Below are positions 9,733-19,324 of a stretch of 64,000 nucleotides of DNA, one piece after another. Under the pieces are notes generated by a model, which saw nothing but the letters and a program-made list of their open reading frames with translations, was not told the DNA's origin and did not search any database. The position numbers were made by a program, and so were the translations under genes. Location: assembly GCA_018674175.1 (NCBI GenBank), contig JABHAT010000016.1:1463-65462 (forward strand), in the 5' to 3' direction. This DNA comes from Gammaproteobacteria bacterium (GTDB taxonomy: Bacteria; Pseudomonadota; Gammaproteobacteria; Poriferisulfidales; GCA-002705445). Every line of letters starts with the position of its first letter. Within the stretch, counting starts at the first letter, position 1.

Positions 9733-10854
9733 ATGTTAATAGATGAATATAAAGCATTGAGTTCAAGAAAAGATTTTTTTATTGATCCTGAACAATTAAA
9801 AGCTATTAATTCTTTTCAAGAATTATATAACCGCATATTGGGTATAAAAAATGTAGGTGAATCAATATTAGGAAATATTGGGGCTAGCCTATTTAATAAT
9901 AGAGGAAATCAAAGAAATAAAGGTATATATCTCTATGGTGGTGTTGGAATAGGAAAAACTTTTTTAATGGATATGTTTTTCAAAGAACTCCCGATTAAGA
10001 AAAAAAAACGAATACACTTTCATAGATTTATGAATAATATTCATTCAAAACTAAATGATAAAAAAGATACTGTTAACCCCATAGATGAAATAGCTAAAGA
10101 AATTTCCTTAGATACAGATGTTTTATGTTTCGATGAATTTATAGTGAATGATATAGCTGACGCTATGATTTTAGGAGAACTATTAAAAGGCTTATTCTTA
10201 AACAAAGTTATTGTTGTATTTACTTCCAACACAGAGCCAAAAAATCTTTACTCAAAAGGACTCCAGCGAGAAAAATTTGCGTATGCAATAAAATTAATTG
10301 AAGAAAATTCAGAAATAATACATTTAGATAGTACCAAGGATTATAGACTACTGAAATTTGGTAATTTAAGCATGTATCATAGTCCAAATAATGAAGAAAC
10401 TGATCTCAAGATGCAGCAGTATTTTTCTACAATATCTCCAGATTGGTTTAACTGGTTTACCAGAAAACCTATCTTTGAGGGAACAACAATACCAGTTCAA
10501 AATAGAGATATAGATGTGAGATTTTTATCCTCTAATACGGTCTGGTTTAAATTTAAAGTAATATGCGGTGATGGAAGATCTCAAAATGACTATATTGAAA
10601 TATCAAAAATATATCAGAATGTTTTTATTTCTGATGTCCCAAAGATGAATAATAATCATATTGATGAAGCTCGTAGATTTATAAATATGATTGATGAATT
10701 TTACGATAGAAATGTTAAAGTTATAATCTCAGCTGATTCTTCTATTGATAGTATTTGCGAAATAGAAAGAATAAATACTGATTTTGAAAGAACTAAAAGT
10801 CGACTTAATGAAATGCAGTCTGACGAATATATGAAAAAAGAACATAAACAATAA
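9733..10854 (+). CDS. zapE: Cell division protein ZapE (AFG1-like ATPase)
   Basis: 373 aa. Walker A GGVGIGKT, Walker B LCFDEF, AFG1 family layout. Confidence 0.85.
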   Translation: MLIDEYKALSSRKDFFIDPEQLKAINSFQELYNRILGIKNVGESILGNIGASLFNNRGNQRNKGIYLYGGVGIGKTFLMDMFFKELPIKKKKRIHFHRFMNNIHSKLNDKKDTVNPIDEIAKEISLDTDVLCFDEFIVNDIADAMILGELLKGLFLNKVIVVFTSNTEPKNLYSKGLQREKFAYAIKLIEENSEIIHLDSTKDYRLLKFGNLSMYHSPNNEETDLKMQQYFSTISPDWFNWFTRKPIFEGTTIPVQNRDIDVRFLSSNTVWFKFKVICGDGRSQNDYIEISKIYQNVFISDVPKMNNNHIDEARRFINMIDEFYDRNVKVIISADSSIDSICEIERINTDFERTKSRLNEMQSDEYMKKEHKQ

Positions 10855-10868
10855 AAGAGATTATAAAA

Positions 10869-11843
10869 ATGAATGAACCAGTTAATGTAGTAGTTACAGG
10901 TGCAGCAGGCAATATTGCCTATTCTGCGATTTTTAGAGTTGCCGCCGGTCAGATGCTTGGTGAAAATCAACCTATAAACTTGATGTTAATAGATATTGAG
11001 CCTGCTATGAATGCTTTAAATGGCGTGAAATTTGAGCTTGAAGATTGCGCTTTTCCACTACTAAATTCTATAACAACCACATTTAATTTGAACCAAGGTT
11101 TTGAACAATGTGATTATGCGTTATTAATCGGTGCAAAACCAAGAATGAAAGGAATGGAAAGAAAAGATCTTTTAAAAGATAACGGTAAAATCTTTAAGCC
11201 GCAAGGAAAAGCAATAAATGAGGTTGCTAGTAAAAAAATAAAAGTTTTAGTTGTCGGAAATCCTGCAAATACAAATGCCTTAATTACTATGCATAATGCC
11301 CCAACCATTGATCCAAAACAATTCACATCTATGATGCGCTTAGATCATGATAGGTCTTTAGCGCAAGTAGCAAATAAATATAATACAAATATAAAAGAAG
11401 TGAAAAAAATTATTGTTTGGGGAAACCATTCAAATACACAAGTACCGGATCTTTCTAATGCAGAAGTTTCAGGAAAAAATATTAAAGACATAATGAATGA
11501 AGATTGGTATAAGAACGATTTTATACCCAGAATACAAAACAGAGGAGCGGAAATTATTGAAGCTCGAGGGTCTTCGTCAGCTGCTTCAGCTGCAAATGCT
11601 GCTATTACTCATATGAGAGATTGGGTTTCAGGGAATAATGATTGGCTAAGTATTGGTCAAATTTCAAATAGCAACCCATTTAATATTTCAGAAGATATAA
11701 TGTTTTCATTTCCATCAATATGTAACGAAGGCTCTTATGAGATGATAAAGAATATAGAGATGTCAGAAATTTTAAATGATTATATTAAGATTACAGAAAA
11801 AGAGTTAATCCAAGAAAGAGATTCAGTTTTAGATCTTCTATAA
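10869..11843 (+). CDS. mdh: Malate dehydrogenase (Thermus/cytosolic-type)
   Basis: 324 aa. VVVTGAAGNIAYS...FRVAAGQMLG...ELEDCAFPLL is closely similar to type-2 MDH. Confidence 0.9.
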   Translation: MNEPVNVVVTGAAGNIAYSAIFRVAAGQMLGENQPINLMLIDIEPAMNALNGVKFELEDCAFPLLNSITTTFNLNQGFEQCDYALLIGAKPRMKGMERKDLLKDNGKIFKPQGKAINEVASKKIKVLVVGNPANTNALITMHNAPTIDPKQFTSMMRLDHDRSLAQVANKYNTNIKEVKKIIVWGNHSNTQVPDLSNAEVSGKNIKDIMNEDWYKNDFIPRIQNRGAEIIEARGSSSAASAANAAITHMRDWVSGNNDWLSIGQISNSNPFNISEDIMFSFPSICNEGSYEMIKNIEMSEILNDYIKITEKELIQERDSVLDLL

Positions 11844-11900
11844 GAAATGTAGTGCAATTATTTAGAATTTAAAAAATTGTACTAACAAAATTATGGCTTA

Positions 11901-12761
11901 TTAAATATTTATGCCTTCCCACTCTGTAATAAAATCTTCTATCAAAGCAGCCACCTCGTCAGGCCTATCTTCTTGAGACCAATGCCCTGCTCTTTCTATA
12001 AACTGAAGTCTAACTGGGCCAGCAATATCTTGCTTTAATCTTTCGCCAGATTCTTTCGGCATCCATGCATCATGTAGCGCCCAAAAAACTGCTGTTGGGC
12101 AAGTAATTTTTTTATGATCTACAGCAAGTGTTTCTTCATTAGTTGGCTGTGAACAGATTTTAACTAATGATTTAAAACCTGTTAACCCATCTCTACCCCA
12201 ATGACATAAATAGTTTTCTTTGACATTTTTATCTGTAAAAGCAATTTTGTCATGACTTCCTGTTCTCATTAAACCTGCAAATTGTGCTACAGCTCCTGGC
12301 ATTGCTCCAGCAAGAACTTCATCGCTTGCTCCAACAAGACCATTAAACGCCTCAACTTCTAATACCGGCCAATAATCATAAGCAACTGGGTTTAAAAGAA
12401 CTAATCTACTTATGTAATCACAATATTTGGATGCAAATACTTGGCAAACCCCTCCCCCATGATCATGTCCTACTAATACCACATTACCTTTTATACCTAA
12501 TTCATCAATTACAGCCTTAATCGCCTCAGCTTGATTATTAAATGTATGTTCAAAGTTATCCAGTGGCATAGAAGATTGACCGTAGCCAACCATGTCCATT
12601 GCATATGAATGAAACTTACCTTCAAGATTTTTTTGAACATGCCTCCAAAGTCTTGCGTTTGTTGGAATACCATGTACAAATAATATTGGCGTTCCACCAG
12701 AACCGTACTCTTCAAGATTAATTTCTAGATCTTGATCACATATATTAATTTTAACCTTCAT
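11901..12761 (-). CDS. Alpha/beta hydrolase, haloalkane dehalogenase/epoxide hydrolase-like
   Basis: 286 aa. HGIPTNARLW (HGxP oxyanion motif), Asp nucleophile elbow VGHDHGGG, C-terminal AGHWSQEDRP. Confidence 0.7.
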   Translation of the reverse strand: MKVKINICDQDLEINLEEYGSGGTPILFVHGIPTNARLWRHVQKNLEGKFHSYAMDMVGYGQSSMPLDNFEHTFNNQAEAIKAVIDELGIKGNVVLVGHDHGGGVCQVFASKYCDYISRLVLLNPVAYDYWPVLEVEAFNGLVGASDEVLAGAMPGAVAQFAGLMRTGSHDKIAFTDKNVKENYLCHWGRDGLTGFKSLVKICSQPTNEETLAVDHKKITCPTAVFWALHDAWMPKESGERLKQDIAGPVRLQFIERAGHWSQEDRPDEVAALIEDFITEWEGINI

Positions 12762-12856
12762 ATTTACCTCTTAAATAATCATAATTATTATTGTTATTAA
12801 TCACTAATAAAGTTATAAAATACTAAATAAGTACCTAAATTACAAATAAGGAAAAC

Positions 12857-13294
12857 ATGATATTCTTTATCACGCTAATCATCGGAATTGGTCTTCTTTT
12901 ATACATTCTTAAGAGGTTAAAAAATAGACCACAGAGAGTTTTTTTCATACTAATAATTATAGTTTTATATCTTGTCGCAACTGGAAAAGCTCATTGGATA
13001 TCAGCTCTAGTAATAGGCTTAATTCCAATAGTGAAAAAATTATTTTTCATACTTAGGTATTTACCAATTATTCAGAAATTTAGGTCTAAATATAAATCAG
13101 ATTCATCAGCTAAAAACAATAATTCAATGTCAAAAAAAGAAGCTGCAGATATTTTGGGTGTTCAAGAAAATGCTTCAAAAGATGAGATAATTTTAGCTCA
13201 TAAAAGAGAAATACAAAAACATCATCCAGATAAAGGTGGGACAAAGTATATGGCTATAAAAATAAATACCGCAAAAGAAAAATTACTAAGTTAG
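12857..13294 (+). CDS. Membrane-anchored J-domain protein
   Basis: 145 aa. Two to three N-terminal TM helices, then a J domain with an HPD motif (ILGV...KREIQKHHPDKGG). Confidence 0.7.
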   Translation: MIFFITLIIGIGLLLYILKRLKNRPQRVFFILIIIVLYLVATGKAHWISALVIGLIPIVKKLFFILRYLPIIQKFRSKYKSDSSAKNNNSMSKKEAADILGVQENASKDEIILAHKREIQKHHPDKGGTKYMAIKINTAKEKLLS

Positions 13295-13572
13295 TCTTTA
13301 AAATTTTTTAATTTCTCTCTTTCTATTATAAATTTTTTCCTATGTTTAATACTTTTTTGATTTACTCTTTTTCTCCACAAACGAAACGATGAAGGCTTAA
13401 TACTTCTTCGCATTATTTTAATTACATCTGATTCTGTTTTATTTGTTTTCTCATGTATTTCTTCAAAAGTTATTCTATCTGCCCAAGCCGCCCATATAAT
13501 CCAATCATTTGTATTATAATCACTTGGTTCTGGTTTTTTAACTTTAGTTTTTGGTCTATCTTCTTTTTTCAT
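13291..13572 (-). CDS. TIGR03643/DUF2805-like small protein
   Basis: 93 aa. WAAWADRITFEEI...VIKIMRRSIKPSSFRLWRKRV matches my memory of the DUF2805 consensus. Confidence 0.55.
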   Translation of the reverse strand: MKKEDRPKTKVKKPEPSDYNTNDWIIWAAWADRITFEEIHEKTNKTESDVIKIMRRSIKPSSFRLWRKRVNQKSIKHRKKFIIEREKLKNFKD

Positions 13573-13576
13573 ATTT

Positions 13577-14326
13577 TTAAGAGCAAATCATACATTTTGG
13601 ATTTTTTTTAGTTTTTATAAAATCTACTGATAAATTTAAGCCATTAATAATGACTAACTTATTATCGTACGAAGATTTATTTCCGGTAATTATATTAATA
13701 CACTCCATAGCCATCATAGAACTTATCATGCCTACTAGAGGAGCAAGAACTCCCGTGTCAGAGCAAGAATTGTTATCTACTAAGTCTTCATAAGTACATT
13801 CATAACAAGCGCTTTTGGAAGAAATAACCGATAACAGTTGTCCAGAGTACCCTTCGACCGCGCCAATAATTAATTTCTTATTATTTTTATAACATGCTTC
13901 ATTAATAATTTTTCTTACAATAAAGTTATCTGTTCCATCAATTACAATATCTGAATCGATTATTATTTTTTTAACTTGAGAAGAAGTTGTAATTTTTTCA
14001 AAGTACTTATTAATAACTAAATCATTAAATTTATTTTTTAAATAGTTTTCTATAACGTCAATTTTTGATAAACCAATATCATCACTATTAAAATTTATTT
14101 GTCTTTGTAAATTTGTTTCCTCAACCGTGTCAAAATCTACAATATTAATTTTTTTTATACCAGATGAAGCTATGTATGTAGAAAGTAAGTTACCTAGTCC
14201 GCCCAAGCCAAATATCGTAACTTCTGAAGAATTAAGTTTTTGCTGACCTTCAATTCCAATATTCGGCAATAGTATATGTCTTGAATAGTACAAAAGATCT
14301 TTATCATTTAAATAACTAAATTCCAT
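13577..14326 (-). CDS. moeB: ThiF/MoeB-family adenylyltransferase (probable molybdopterin-synthase adenylyltransferase)
   Basis: 249 aa. YSRHILLPNIGIEGQQKL, nucleotide loop GLGGLGN, two CxxC pairs (CYEC and CMIC). mobA/mobB lie next door. Confidence 0.8.
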   Translation of the reverse strand: MEFSYLNDKDLLYYSRHILLPNIGIEGQQKLNSSEVTIFGLGGLGNLLSTYIASSGIKKINIVDFDTVEETNLQRQINFNSDDIGLSKIDVIENYLKNKFNDLVINKYFEKITTSSQVKKIIIDSDIVIDGTDNFIVRKIINEACYKNNKKLIIGAVEGYSGQLLSVISSKSACYECTYEDLVDNNSCSDTGVLAPLVGMISSMMAMECINIITGNKSSYDNKLVIINGLNLSVDFIKTKKNPKCMICS

Positions 14327-14327
14327 A

Positions 14328-14627
14328 TTATTTTTTTCTAGAGTTAAATTTTTCTAGCTGCTCTTTTGTTGCCTCTTTTTGATATTTTTCTTTCCATTGA
14401 CTGTAAGGCATGCCGTAAACAAAGTCTCTTGCCTCCTCATAAGATACTTCCATTCCTCTCTCTTTTGCGGCAGTCACATACCATTTTGATAAGCAGTTTC
14501 TACAGAAATCTGCTAGATTCATTAAGTCAATATTTTGAACCTCTGTTTTATTTTGCAAATGTTTTATTAAAGCTTGGAAAACATCAGCCTGAATTTCCAT
14601 TGTAAGTTTTTTATTGTTATCATTCAT
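14328..14627 (-). CDS. DUF1244-like protein
   Basis: 99 aa. The LADFCRNCLSKWY core resembles DUF1244. 1 nt upstream of moeB. Confidence 0.55.
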   Translation of the reverse strand: MNDNNKKLTMEIQADVFQALIKHLQNKTEVQNIDLMNLADFCRNCLSKWYVTAAKERGMEVSYEEARDFVYGMPYSQWKEKYQKEATKEQLEKFNSRKK

Positions 14628-14704
14628 AGTAAATTTAACTCCATAAATTTATTAAAGCATAGCTTATTATAAGGTAATATTTTGTAATTCTACAGAGGTG
14701 TTTT

Positions 14705-15286
14705 GTGTTAAAGAAAAATGATTTTTCAGTAGGAATTTTAGCTGGTGGTAAAGCTACAAGAATGGATAACCAGGATAAAGGTCTTGTTAAACTAAATGAT
14801 GTCCCTATGATAGAAAAACTTCTAAAAGAAATTTCACCTCATACTTCAAATATACTTATAAATGCAAACAGAACTATTAAGACATATAAAGAATACGGCT
14901 ACCCTGTGATTAAAGATCTGCTTAATGATTTTCAAGGGCCACTTGCGGGAATTTATAGCTTGCTAAAAAATATTGATACTGAGTATTTAATTACTTTACC
15001 CTGTGATTGCCCTAATTTTAGCTGGAAAGTTATTCAAAAAATGATCGATGAAGTAAAGCCTGGTGACAAGGTCTGCATTGCACACAATGGTCTCAGATCG
15101 CAGCCTGTATTTATGCTAGTATCAAAAACCAAAGTCGAATCATTATATAATTTTTTAAATAATGGTGATAGAAAGATTGATATTTGGTATCAAAGCAATG
15201 AACACAAATATATTTATTTTGATAAAAATGTAAGTTATTTTGATAATATAAATACGGTAGCGCAATTAAATGAATACAATAAATAA
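14705..15286 (+). CDS. mobA: Molybdenum cofactor guanylyltransferase
   Basis: 193 aa, GTG start. GILAGGKATRM and GPLAGI motifs. Confidence 0.85.
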   Translation: MLKKNDFSVGILAGGKATRMDNQDKGLVKLNDVPMIEKLLKEISPHTSNILINANRTIKTYKEYGYPVIKDLLNDFQGPLAGIYSLLKNIDTEYLITLPCDCPNFSWKVIQKMIDEVKPGDKVCIAHNGLRSQPVFMLVSKTKVESLYNFLNNGDRKIDIWYQSNEHKYIYFDKNVSYFDNINTVAQLNEYNK

Positions 15287-15797
15287 TAAAAAACTAATTG
15301 GTTTTGCCGCATATAGTGGCACCGGTAAAACTACATTAATAAAGCTAATAGTTAAATTATTAAAAGAATTAAATTTAAAAGTGTCAGTAATAAAACATGC
15401 TCATCATGACTTTGATGTTGATAAAATTGGTAAAGACAGTTATGAAATAAGAAAATCTGGAGCAGTGAATATGTTAATATCTTCTGCGAATAGATGGGCT
15501 TTAATGCATGAAAATACTAACAATTCTGAATTAAGTTTAAACGATTTAATTAACATATTAAACCCTCTTGATTGCGATATTATTTTAGTTGAAGGTTTTA
15601 AAGCAGAGAAATTCCCTAAAATTGAGCTATATAGAGAAGAAATAGGTAAAGGTCTTCTGCACACTTCGGATGAAAGTATAATAGCTATCGCTACTGACTC
15701 AAAATTAGAAATAAATAAAGATATAAAGATTCTCGATATTAATAACCCGCAAGAAATTGTTGATTTCATAATAAAATACTTAAATATTACAAAATAA
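15270..15797 (+). CDS. mobB: Molybdopterin-guanine dinucleotide biosynthesis adapter protein
   Basis: 175 aa. P-loop GFAAYSGTGKTTL and VEGFK motif. Overlaps mobA by 17 nt. Confidence 0.85.
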   Translation: MNTINNKKLIGFAAYSGTGKTTLIKLIVKLLKELNLKVSVIKHAHHDFDVDKIGKDSYEIRKSGAVNMLISSANRWALMHENTNNSELSLNDLINILNPLDCDIILVEGFKAEKFPKIELYREEIGKGLLHTSDESIIAIATDSKLEINKDIKILDINNPQEIVDFIIKYLNITK

Positions 15798-15903
15798 AGT
15801 CCTACTTAAAATATAAGTATAAGTATGCTAATATAGCCTCTCTTAATAAATGCATTGATAACAAAAAAATATTATTTAAGGCAATAATATTCATAGAGAT
15901 ATA

Positions 15904-17202
15904 ATGACTAATAAAAAAATAATAATAAAAGATGGGCAGTCTAACAACGAGATTGAGCTACCAGTGTTAGACTCAATTTTGGGTCCAAATGTTGTAGATA
16001 TGAGATCTCTAGAAAAAAACTTAGGTTATTTATCTCATGACCCTGGATTTATGGCAACATCAAGCTGTGAAAGTAAAATTACTTTTATAGATGGCAATGA
16101 AGGGAAGTTATGGTACAGAGGCTACCCTATAGAGGAGCTTGCAGAAAATAGTAATTTTCAAGAAACAGCATACTTACTTTTAAATGATAAATTGCCTAAT
16201 AACAAAGAATTAGAAGACTTTTCTAATAATATTTCTAATAGTTATAATGTTGACCCATCTATTAGAAAAATTATTGAGGTTTTTAATAAAGATAGTCATC
16301 CAATGGCAATTATGACTGCTTGCTTAAGTTATTTGTCAGCAAAATATCATGCAGAAATTGATATTAAAGATAAAGAATACAGATACAAATCTACGATTAA
16401 TCTAATTTCTGCTGTCCCAATAATGTCTGCTTGGATACTAAACTATATATTAAATAAAGATTTTCAGGAGCCTAAAAAAGATAAATCTATTGCTGAAAAT
16501 TTTGTGAATATGTCCTTCCCTGATCTTACTAAAGAACAAAAAGAGATGTCAGCTAAAGCGATGGATATAATTTTCTTGTTACATGCTGATCACGAGCAAA
16601 ATGCATCAACATCTACAGTTAGATTGTCAGGAAGTTCTGAAACAAGTCCTTATGCAGCAATAGCTGCTGGAATATCTACTTTATGGGGGCCAACACATGG
16701 TGGTGCCAATGAAGCTGTCATAAACATGCTGGAGGAAATAAAAAATTCTGACAAAGGCGTAGAATATTATATAAATCAAGCAAAAGATAAAGAGAATTCA
16801 TTTAGATTAATGGGATTTGGTCACAGAATATATAAAAACTATGACCCAAGAGCTAAAATTATACAAAAGATTGCTCACGAATATTTAGATGGGCTAAGTA
16901 ATGATAATCCCAATAAACCTTTGTTTGATATAGCGATGAAGCTAGAGAAATATGCATTAGAAGATGATTATTTTGTTTCTAGAAAATTGTATCCAAACGT
17001 TGATTTTTACTCAGGCATAGTCTTAAAAGCCATTGGTATTCCTCAAAGTATGTATACAGTTGTATTTGCATTAGCTAGGACTGTAGGTTGGGTTACTCAC
17101 TGGAACGAAATGATAGAAGATAAAAATTTTAGAATTGGCAGACCTAGACAGCTTTACACAGGAAAGAACAAAACTAGCTATAAAGATATAAAAGATCGTT
17201 AG
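15904..17202 (+). CDS. gltA: Citrate synthase (type II)
   Basis: 432 aa. Signature GFGHRIYKNYDPRA and HADHEQNAST. Confidence 0.95.
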   Translation: MTNKKIIIKDGQSNNEIELPVLDSILGPNVVDMRSLEKNLGYLSHDPGFMATSSCESKITFIDGNEGKLWYRGYPIEELAENSNFQETAYLLLNDKLPNNKELEDFSNNISNSYNVDPSIRKIIEVFNKDSHPMAIMTACLSYLSAKYHAEIDIKDKEYRYKSTINLISAVPIMSAWILNYILNKDFQEPKKDKSIAENFVNMSFPDLTKEQKEMSAKAMDIIFLLHADHEQNASTSTVRLSGSSETSPYAAIAAGISTLWGPTHGGANEAVINMLEEIKNSDKGVEYYINQAKDKENSFRLMGFGHRIYKNYDPRAKIIQKIAHEYLDGLSNDNPNKPLFDIAMKLEKYALEDDYFVSRKLYPNVDFYSGIVLKAIGIPQSMYTVVFALARTVGWVTHWNEMIEDKNFRIGRPRQLYTGKNKTSYKDIKDR

Positions 17203-18320
17203 TCTTTGAAAAAATTATATATAACCTTCGAAAAACTTTCTGTATCAACCAAAAATGAGTCATGACCTTGAATTGAGTTTAGTTTTTCAAACTGAAAATT
17301 TTTCTTTGCCTTACTAAAGCCATTTGCAAGTTCTTGCTGCTGATCTACAGGAAAAAGAATATCTGATTCAACACCAATTATTAGATTTTTTTTAGTATGA
17401 ATTTTTGCTAAACCAGCATTCACGGTTCCGCCATGTTCAGCTACGTCAAATAAATCCATTGCTCTTGATAAATATAAATAACAGTTTGGGTCAAACATTG
17501 AAACAAATTTTTCAGAATTATGATTTAAATAATTTTCAACTTCAAACTCAATATCAAACATTTTTTTATCTTCAGATTTAGGTAGCCTAGCCCTATTAAA
17601 TCTTTCTCTCCACTCATTTGCAGCCCTATAAGACATTAATCCTAATTTTCTAGCAAGCTTCATGCCGTTTAAAGGCGCAGAATCCTTTTTATACACTCCA
17701 TTATTCCACAATGGGTCACTTCTAATTAACTCTCTTTGGAGTGATCTAATAGAGATAGTGAATGGCAGTGCTCTAGCAGCTGCAGATATAACTATTAGAT
17801 TTGATAAATTATTTGGAAATAATAATGCGTAGGCCAAAGCTGTCATACCACCCATAGATGGCCCCATTACAGTATGCGCATGGTCTATGCCTAAAGTTTG
17901 TAAAACTGAATGGCCTGATTTTGCTATATCTTCAATAGATAACTCTGGGAAAGTAAGTCCATATGATTCCCCGGTAGCTTTATTTATAGATGCTGGAGAA
18001 GTTGAACCAAAACAACTGCCGAGTGAATTTACGCATATTACAAAATATTTATTTGTATCTATTGGTTTATTTGGGCCAATCATATATTCCCACCAACCAG
18101 TAGACTTATTGTTTTCAGATGAAGCTGCATGAGAAGAAGGTGATAAGCCAGTGAATAAAAGTATTGCATTATCATTATTTATTGATAGATCGCCCCATGT
18201 TTCATATGCAATCTCAACATTGTTCAAAATTGAGCCTTTAAACATTTTAAATCCAGTACTACCATAATCACTTGGTAATTTAGCTAATTTAACGCCCTTG
18301 GCTACAAATTCATTTGACAT
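17199..18320 (-). CDS. metX: Homoserine O-acyltransferase (MetX family)
   Basis: 373 aa. Alpha/beta fold with GPSMGGM nucleophile elbow and C-terminal GHDSFL. No metW follows it. Confidence 0.9.
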   Translation of the reverse strand: MSNEFVAKGVKLAKLPSDYGSTGFKMFKGSILNNVEIAYETWGDLSINNDNAILLFTGLSPSSHAASSENNKSTGWWEYMIGPNKPIDTNKYFVICVNSLGSCFGSTSPASINKATGESYGLTFPELSIEDIAKSGHSVLQTLGIDHAHTVMGPSMGGMTALAYALLFPNNLSNLIVISAAARALPFTISIRSLQRELIRSDPLWNNGVYKKDSAPLNGMKLARKLGLMSYRAANEWRERFNRARLPKSEDKKMFDIEFEVENYLNHNSEKFVSMFDPNCYLYLSRAMDLFDVAEHGGTVNAGLAKIHTKKNLIIGVESDILFPVDQQQELANGFSKAKKNFQFEKLNSIQGHDSFLVDTESFSKVIYNFFKD

Positions 18321-18351
18321 AATTTATTAAAATATTAAAAAGATTGAAAGA

Positions 18352-18897
18352 TTATACTTCAGACTGAGCATCAAATGAATAACCATTTTTGATGCAATTA
18401 TTTAGCCACAGTGATAAAAAATAGCTTTTATACCATTTACTAAGACGAATGTTATGGAATTTTTGCATATCCTTTAAGCACTTACTTTTATTAAAACCAT
18501 TTGAATCAATAATTTCAACTTGTTTTGAATCAAAATATATTTTTAGATTAACATAGTTTATATAAGTATCTTTAGAAAAAAAATTATAAGAAAACTTAAC
18601 TAATGCGGTATGTTTAGATACAGAATAAATTGAAAGAAGAAGTTTTTTCTTAAGTTCTATCGAGCTTGATTGAAAATCTTTATTTAAATTATTTGCGTTG
18701 ATAACTTCTGTGTTAATTAAATTTGTTATTAAGTAATAGTTTTTTTCATATAACTTCATCAATGAAAGAAAATTATTTTTACTAACTGAATTAATTTGAT
18801 GTGCTTGTATCATAAAATAATAATACACAGAGATTAAATTTGTGTCTAATAATTTAGGCAATAAAAAACTTACTAGGTAATAGATATCTAGTTTCAT
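18352..18897 (-). CDS. DUF1249 (YqiB-like) protein
   Basis: LMKLYEKNYYLITNLI aligns to the N-terminal MRLCEMNFSQLRRLL of E. coli YqiB. The true start is probably the internal Met near 18813, because the first ~28 codons look like an extension. Confidence 0.5.
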   Translation of the reverse strand: MKLDIYYLVSFLLPKLLDTNLISVYYYFMIQAHQINSVSKNNFLSLMKLYEKNYYLITNLINTEVINANNLNKDFQSSSIELKKKLLLSIYSVSKHTALVKFSYNFFSKDTYINYVNLKIYFDSKQVEIIDSNGFNKSKCLKDMQKFHNIRLSKWYKSYFLSLWLNNCIKNGYSFDAQSEV

Positions 18898-18962
18898 AGT
18901 AAGATATAACGATTAATTTTTACAACGAATGAAAAATCAAACCTAAATCTTTTAAAATTAAA

Positions 18963-18987
18963 TTACTGCAAATATAATTTGCAGTAA
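18963..18987 (-). terminator. Hairpin terminator downstream of cspA (palindromic, potentially bidirectional)
   Basis: Perfect 11-bp stem TTACTGCAAAT/ATTTGCAGTAA with a 3-nt loop, about 30 nt after the csp stop, followed on the minus strand by TTAATTTTAAAAG. Confidence 0.6.
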
Positions 18988-19019
18988 AATAAATTCTTAG
19001 TTATTTAAAGCTGATTTAA

Positions 19020-19235
19020 TTATTTAGCTTCTACGTCTGTAGCAGTTAAACCTTTTTCGCTTTCTGTAACAGTGAACTCTACAGCCTGACCTTCTTTCAA
19101 AGTTCTGTAACCATCACCTTCAATTTTAATTGCCCCAAAATGAACGAAAACGTCTTTACCGCTTTCTCTTTGAATAAAACCATAACCTTTTGAGTCATTA
19201 AACCATTTAACTGTACCGCTTTCTCTATCTGACAT
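19020..19235 (-). CDS. cspA: Cold-shock protein (CspA family)
   Basis: 71 aa. RNP1 KGYGFI and RNP2 VFVHF. Confidence 0.95.
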   Translation of the reverse strand: MSDRESGTVKWFNDSKGYGFIQRESGKDVFVHFGAIKIEGDGYRTLKEGQAVEFTVTESEKGLTATDVEAK

Positions 19236-19324
19236 ATTTTTCTTCTATATTGTATTAATCAAAAAAAAATTAGTTATATAATTTATAATTATTTATCTAA
19301 TTTTGTAAGTTATGAGTAAAAGCA

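Noticed and set aside
11844-11900. Possible hairpin AGTGCAATT...AATTGTACT between the convergent mdh and hydrolase genes.
   Set aside because: A 9-bp stem with a G-U pair and a 16-nt loop is too weak to call a terminator.
11901-12761. Horizontal acquisition of the dehalogenase-like gene, inferred from elevated GC (about 43% in one sampled line).
   Set aside because: Conserved core genes such as sdhA show the same local GC (about 45% in a sampled line). The elevation reflects amino-acid constraint rather than foreign origin. No mobility genes are nearby.
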